From Rebecca billardiae RCC1528 (lineage: Eukaryota > Protista > Haptophyta), in contig OZ251229.1 in NCBI GenBank assembly GCA_965240325.2, positions 682,001 through 746,000 of the forward strand: 64,000 nt of DNA, written 5' to 3'. Below, piece after piece: positions 57,649-64,000 of the stretch; position 1 is the first letter of the stretch; each line of letters opens with the position of its first letter. The notes beneath the pieces were generated by a model, which ran no database searches, was not told the DNA's origin, and saw nothing but the letters and a program-made list of their open reading frames with translations. Both the position numbers and the translations under genes were made by a program.

Positions 57649-59005
57649 GCGCGCAGTGCAAACAACCTTTTTTGACCTCTTTTTGACCTCATTTGACCTC
57701 ATTTGACCTCATTTGACCTCATTTGACCTCGTTCGTCGAAACGGTCATCGCGCCGTCCTATTGAAAGGCGGTGTAACCGCGCGTTTAGATATGCGAGCGG
57801 GTGCGCGAATAGTACAGTAGCGGTGGGTCGACCTCCCTCTCGACGCCCGCTCCCTCTCGCCCTGACCGTCGCAGGGAACATGCCGAAGCGGGCGCACACC
57901 GGCGAGTCGAAGGGCGCGCGCACGGCGACGACCGAGAAGGAGCATACACCGACCCCCAGCTCCACGGACAACGTCACCTCGGCGCAGGCGCCCCTGTCCA
58001 GCTTGCACGACGGGAACGACACGTCGACGCGGACCAGTGCGCCGTCCTATGAGACGCCGACAGGGCCCGTGCACAGACATCGTCGCCGAGAAGGTCCACG
58101 ACGCGCACCGGGTCGCGGCGGACGCGCGCATGACGAACGAGGTGCGCCGCCGCGCGCGGTGCGCGCGCCGCAGCGCACGCGCCTGCCAGGCGGCGAGGTA
58201 TGTGGTCCGCAATCGCCGCCTCGGGCCGGTGGCTGGGTGCGGCCGGACGGTAAGCTGATCAGATAGTATCGCCGACGATGTCGACATCGTCTGTGTCATT
58301 GCGAAGTGTCGATTGAGGATCACAGTAGCTACCGTGTCAGAATCCCGGTCGGTGCGCGCTCTGAAAGCTGACAGTACAGCTTGCTCAGCGCAGTCAGCCA
58401 CAAGAGTGCTCGGATGCATGCCGGTCCCGGGCTGGATTGTTGGCCACGGTGCACGTCGCGTGTGGCCGCGAAAGCGAGCGCGTCGAGCGTGCAGACGCGG
58501 ACGTGCGAAATCGCCCCGCACAGCAGCGCCTGCTCGTCGGCGATGCTCTTGTTGAAGGCCACGAGCAAAGTGCGCATGTCGGCGTGCTCGGCTGCGTAGG
58601 CTCTCAAAGCAGTGGACTTCCTGGCCGCCGGCGACCGCCTCAATCTTCATGACTTGGCCGGGCGCGAGGCGCGTGCGCACGATGGCGTCGAGCGGAGCCA
58701 GCGGGCGGTCCCGGCGCAGCAGGCACGCGGGCTGCGGCGGCGCGGGCCGCACGTACGGCCCGAGGCGGCCGTGGCCGGCCTGTGGCCGGCCGGCGCTGAG
58801 CGGGCGGCATGAGTCCCGCCGAGCGGCAAAGCGCGCGGGCGGCGAGTCCGGCGCGCTCGGCGGCTCGGCGCGAGCCGCGAGGTCAAACGAGGTCAAATTA
58901 TTGCTCGGCGCGGCGGCCCGCAGCGCGAGCCGAGGTCAAATTTGGGGTCAAACGCAGTGCAGCCGAGGTCAAAACGAGGTGAGGCGCGTTTTTTCGTCTG
59001 CGCGA
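57649..59005. mobile_element. Possible non-autonomous element with inverted subterminal TTTGACCTC arrays
   Basis: Six tttgacctc 10-mer units at 57671-57730 and several gaggtcaaa copies at 58879-58973. Termini and TSD not resolved. Confidence 0.45.
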
Positions 59006-59100
59006 CGTCTGGGTTGGAGGACGGTCCGAACCTGGAGGACGGTTTTGGACTTTTTCCAGGCCGATCCTGGAGGATCGGCGCCAGTCCTTGAGGATCGGCC

Positions 59101-60180
59101 TCCAGCGAGTCCTCCAGGATGCGCCAGCGAGTCCTCCAGGATGCGCAGCGAGTCCTCCAGGATGCGCCAGCGAGTCCTCCAGGATGCGCCAGCGAGTCCT
59201 CCAGGATGCGCAGCGAGTCCTCCAGGATGCGCCAGCGAGTCCTCCAGGATGTGCCAGCGAGTCCTCCAGGATGCGCCAGCGAGTCCTCCAGGATGCGCCA
59301 GCGAGTCCTCCAGGATGCGCAGCGAGTCCTCCAGGATGCGCCAGCGAGTCCTCCAGGATGCGCAGCGAGTCCTCCAGGATGCGCCAGCAAGTCCTCCAGG
59401 ATGCGCCAGCGAGTCCTCCAGGATGCGCAGCGAGTCCTCCAGGATGTGCCAGCGAGTCCTCCAGGATGTGCCAGCGAGTCCTCCAGGATGCGCCAGCGAG
59501 TCCTCCAGGATGCGCCAGCGAGTCCTCCAGGATGCGCAGCGAGTCCTCCAGGATGCGCCAGCGAGTCCTCCAGGATGCGCAGCGAGTCCTCCAGGATGCG
59601 CCAGCGAGTCCTCCAGGATGCGCAGCGAGTCCTCCAGGATGCGCCAGCGAGTCCTCCAGGATGCGCCAGCGAGTCCTCCAGGATGTGCCAGCGAGTCCTC
59701 CAGGATGCGCCAGCGAGTCCTCCAGGATGCGCCAGCGAGTCCTCCAGGATGCCCAGCGAGTCCTCCAGGATGCGCCAGCGAGTCCTCCAGGATGCGCAGC
59801 GAGTCCTCCAGGATGCGCCAGCGAGTCCTCCAGGATGCGCAGCGAGTCCTCCAGGATGCGCCAGCGAGTCCTCCAGGATGCGCCCAGCGAGTCCTCCAGG
59901 ATGCGCCAGCGAGTCCTCCAGGATGCGCCAGCGAGTCCTCCAGGATGCGCCAGCGAGTCCTCCAGGATGCGCAGCGAGTCCTCCAGGATGCGCCAGCGAG
60001 TCCTCCAGGATGCGCCAGCGAGTCCTCCAGGATGCGCAGCGAGTCCTCCGGGATGCGCCAGCGAGTCCTCCAGGATGCGCCAGCGAGTCCTCCAGGATAC
60101 GCAGCGAGTCCTCCAGGATGCGCAGCGAGTCCTCCACCCCTCCAGGATGCGCCAGCGAGTCAGCCTTCAGGATGCGCCAG
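59101..60180. repeat. 21/22-bp minisatellite GCGC(C)AGCGAGTCCTCCAGGAT, roughly 50 copies
   Basis: Contiguous units with no spacers. Confidence 0.97.
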
Positions 60181-60309
60181 CCAATCTTGTGGGTGTACGA
60201 TGCACCGCCGTCTCCTGCAGAATGCGCCAGCCGTACTCGCAGATTCTTGATCCAGCCTGCGCGCGCGGATAGCGCGAGCGAGCGTGGCATTGGGCGCCGA
60301 CGCGGGTGC

Positions 60310-60820
60310 TGCGCACTGGTAGCGTAGTGAGATGGCGGTGTGCTCTTGCATCAGCCGTCTCCGCGTCGAGGTGTCGTGGGCGATCTTCAAGCCGAAGAGC
60401 AAGCGGTCGTAGCCAGTGCCTGCGCGCGCGCCGCGCGCGCAAGCGGCAGCGCGCCCAGCCAGCGCGCGCGGTCAGTCGTGCAGGGAGGCAGTGCGCGCGC
60501 GCGCCGCCCGCATGCGCGGTGGGGCGCACCAATGGAGAGGACGCCGAACGAGAGCTCGATGTTGGAGAACGTGGGCTCGTTCTGGAACACCATCTCCAGG
60601 TCGAGGTGCGAGAGGAACTGCCGGATGCGCCGCGTGAACACATAGTCCTGAGAGCACGGGGCGCTAGACTAGACGGCGCGGCAGCGGGGTGAGCGGCGGC
60701 GCGCGCGCGTGCGTTGGCGCGCGTCGGCGCGCACGTCGGCGCGCGCACCTTGGAGAGCGCGAGGAGCTTGAGCAGCTCCTCGTTCGCCTGAGCCGCCGGG
60801 TCGAACGCCTGGACTTCCTG
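60310..60820 (-). other. Probable exons of an unidentified gene or gene fragment
   Basis: Three protein-like segments (EVQAFDPAAQANEELLKLLALSK; YVFTRRIRQFLSHLDLEMVFQNEPTFSNIELSFGVLSI; YDRLLFGLKIAHD) are separated by GTGCGC..CAG intron-like tracts. Start and end not found. Confidence 0.4.
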
Positions 60821-61294
60821 CAAGGGGGGGCGGGGGTCACACGAGTGACGGGGCAGTTGGTGCGGCGGCAGTTGCGCGGTCAGTTTATCGCGCGCGAGGG
60901 CGGATCTGGTGCATTGCGTCATTCGCGATGCGTAGGTGGAGCAGTCGCGCGTTCGTACGTTGCCCGTCCAGTGCGCGCATGCGTGCGGCGCGCACAGTTC
61001 GTTGCGCCGATTCGCCCGGCGCTCGTGCTCGCACGCGCTGACGGCTGAGCGTGTTCTACGCGCTTGCGGCGCCTCTGCGCGTGGAGGCTGAGAGAAGTGC
61101 AGCTGGAGGATTGGAGCAGTAGTAGTAGCGTCTGATGATGGCTCTCTGGGATGATGGCGGCGTTGAACGAGCGAGAGCAGAGCGCTGGGCTGCGGGCAAG
61201 GCGACGGTTCCGAACATCGCGGCCGATGATGACGAGCTGCGTCTGCGGGTGGTAGTCCTTCAAAATCAAACGCGCGGGTTCGGGGTTGCCGGAC

Positions 61295-61349
61295 GACTAG
61301 TCCGGAAATAACGGCGCGCCGTCGGCGCGCCGTTATTTCCGGACTAGTC
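61295..61349. repeat. Perfect palindrome, 27-bp arms, 1-nt loop
   Basis: gactagtccggaaataacggcgcgccg-t-cggcgcgccgttatttccggactagtc. Confidence 0.95.
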
Positions 61350-62309
61350 CGGCACGGCGCCGTACAAGGCATCAATACCAGCAGCGTGCGGGGTGCGCTG
61401 CCTCCGGGGGGGCGGTGAGTACTGCATTCATAAGCCAGCATAGAAGCAACCTGCGGTAAGGGGATACTTAATCGATGCTGGTAAGTCCTCAGCTGCTACG
61501 CTAGGGGTGCAGGCGTGCCGAGCTTAATCCGGATCCCGAGGGGGACGCACCCGCTTCCGTGTAGTTATGGTATGTCGACGATAATTGACGACACTACCGA
61601 GCTGCCTCCGGGGGGACGTTTACTATGTGGCGCTTGCCGGAGCGTATGTAGCAGCCGCGCCCCGGCTCGGTCGGGTGATGGGGTAGGGTAGGGACGACGA
61701 ACGAACGACGGAGGGCGTAGGGACTAGGGTAGGGTTGATGGGCGCTCGCTGGTCGGTGGCGGTGGGGCAGTGGGGCGTGCACTGTGCGCGTGCTGCGGGG
61801 GCGCCCAGGCACCCTGCCCGAGACGAGCCAGCGGCTGTGCGATGTGCCAGGCGGCCAGAGCCTAGGCTGCCAGCACTGCTGCTGCGCGCGCATGAGTGGC
61901 GGGCCCGAGTGCCACACGCAGCATCGTGCTGCACGCGGGCAAGACGCTGCGTCGGAGCTGGCTGGAGCTGGAGATGGGCGCGCGCTGCTACTCGTCGCGC
62001 CGGTCGCGCCAAGCACGCGCATGCTCTGCGACGTGCTGGCAGCGGGCATAGAGGAGGCGCCCGTCGCGCGCCTCACCGTCTTGGCGACGCGCTGCCTACG
62101 TGCTCGGCGTTGCGCGCGGCACCGTTGGCACCCACTGGCGAAGCTGATGCCATGCCTGAGCGCCGCGACCTGCGGCACGGGCACTTTTGACCTGCAGCTA
62201 GCGCACGGCGCGGCGAGGCGCCCGGTGGACGAGCTGCGGGGCGTGGGCGCAAAGGATGAGTCGGTGCGCACAGCAACTCAGCAAGAGGCACACAGGCGGC
62301 GTGCGCACC

Positions 62310-63385
62310 ACGCGTGGCTCGCCGCTCGCGCTAGCCGCTGGCCACCAGGCGAGCCGCTCGCCCTGGGCGCATCGGCCCGCCTCCTCGCGCCGCCTGGCGC
62401 AGCACGTGCGCACCGGCGGGCGCGCAGGTGACGGTAAGCGTGGCGCGACCGAGGGCGGCTCAGGGCTCATACCGCGCGCGCCGCGCCCACATCCATTTGT
62501 CCCCCCGGCGGCGCGCACGGGCGGCGCGCGCGCGGCACGTGGCTCGCCGCTAGCCACCAGGCGAGCCGCTCCCCTGGGCGCATCGGCCCGCCTCCTCGCG
62601 CCGCTTGGCGCGCCGCGTGCGCACCGGCGGGCACGCAGGTGACGGTAAGCGTGGCGCGACCGAGGGCGGCTCAGGGCTCACATCGCGCGCGCCGCGCCCA
62701 CATCCATTCGTCCCCCCGGCGGCGCGCACGGGCGGCGCGCGCGCGGCACGTGGCTCGCCGCTAGCCACCAGGCGAGCCGCTCCCCTGGGCGCATCGGCCC
62801 GCCTCCTCGCGCCGCTTGGCGCGCCGCGTGCGCACCGGCGGGCGCGCAGGTGACGGTAAGCGTGGCGCGACCGAGGGCGGCTCAGGGCTCACATCGCGCG
62901 CGCCGCGCCCACATCCATTTGTGCCCGCGGCGGCGCGCACGGGCGGCGGCGCCGCGGCGCGCGCGCGGCACGTGGCTCGCCGCTGGTCACCAGGCGAGCC
63001 GCTCCCCTGGGCGCATCGGCCCGCCTCCTCGCGCCGCTTGGCGCGCCGCGTGCGCACCGGCGGGCGCGCAGGTGACGGTAAGCGTGGCGCGACCGAGGGC
63101 GGCTCAGGGCTCACACCGCGCGCGCCGCGCCCACATCCATTTGTCCCCCCGGCGGCGTGCACGGGCGGCGCGCGAGCGGCACGTGGCTCGCCGCTGGCCA
63201 CCAGGCGAGCCGCTCTCCTGGGCGCATCGGCCCACCTCCTCGCGCCGCGTTGCTCGCCGCGGGCGCACCGGCGGGCGCGCAGGCGACTGTAAGCATGGCG
63301 CGACCGAGGGCGGCTCACCTTGCGCACGCCGCGCTGCCAATTTTTCATTCGTCCTCTTTCCCCCGGCGGCGGCGCGCGGCACGGG
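62310..63385. repeat. ~211-bp GC-rich tandem repeat, about 5 copies
   Basis: gtgacggtaagcgtggcgcgaccgagggcggctca at ~62428, 62639, 62850, 63072 and, diverged, at ~63283. Confidence 0.93.
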
Positions 63386-63836
63386 CCGCGCAGGCGCACG
63401 ATTAGCCATCGGACCAGCCTATTGCACGCGGCACATTCGCTTGTTCATACGAGCCACGCGCGCGCGGCGTAGCGAGAGCATGCCCCTAGTCGCGGCGCAG
63501 TACCAGCATAGCCTACCAGCCTACCAGCAGCCTACCAGACTGAGCACGCAGTGTCAGCCCACTGCGGGCGGTGCCAGGCCGCAGGCGGCCGCCCCGGCGC
63601 GGTCGAACCGTCCCGGCTGCCTACTCACTACGTATATATATAGACCAGCAGCCCGTAGTACCACCCCGGCCGCCACCGCGCAGGACGACCGTACACTTTG
63701 ACTCGGCCAGTGTCGGCTCAGCGCAGCCGAGCGGCACGGTGGACGACCGACACGGCAGATTACTGGTCGTCATCACGCATATATGTGCGTGTCAGGCTAT
63801 ATATATATACTACATCAATAATAATATATAGTATTA

Positions 63837-63980
63837 TGGCCCGCGGTGCAGGGCGGAGCGCGCAGCGTGGAGCCCGCACCAGTGGGCCCGAACCACGTTT
63901 CAAAAAGATCTTTGATCAAGAAAAAGGGACGCGGGGGCCGATTTTTAGGGCTGGCGGAGACCGAGTTTCGAATTTTGAGA
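63837..63980 (+). mobile_element. Third copy (terminus) of the 7011/10828 element family
   Basis: Matches 10828 onward with a short deletion, then diverges near the window end. Preceded by a TA-rich tract. Confidence 0.8.
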
Positions 63981-64000
63981 CCCTCTCTACAGGTGCATCA

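Noticed and set aside
59088-60327. CRISPR array or long repeat-protein ORFs
   Set aside because: Units are contiguous with no unique spacers and no cas genes. ORFs are open in several frames only because the repeat lacks stops.

Overview
GC-rich eukaryotic nuclear DNA with short GT-AG introns (96-189 nt) and several bipartite plastid presequences. This points to an alga with a red-derived secondary plastid; a haptophyte is my inference only. Host genes are a Cys-rich multi-pass membrane protein, a cyclin, homoserine dehydrogenase, organellar TrpRS, PGR5, an alpha-kinase, a choline-transporter-like Na+:solute symporter, a phosphate-carrier-type mitochondrial carrier, an ALDH-like protein and APRT. 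They are interspersed with many non-autonomous inverted-repeat elements and satellites. The main feature is a ~17 kb, apparently intact endogenous Polinton-like virus (~26176-43129). It encodes a protein-primed PolB, major and minor capsid proteins, a packaging ATPase, a lipase, a Tlr6F-like protein, a GIY-YIG-like protein and a LamG protein, and it has tandem-repeat terminal inverted repeats. It splits the symporter gene into two still-open halves. I can find no integrase or recombinase in it, and it sits at the TA apex of a ~34-bp palindrome. All family assignments come from motif recognition by eye, not database searches.
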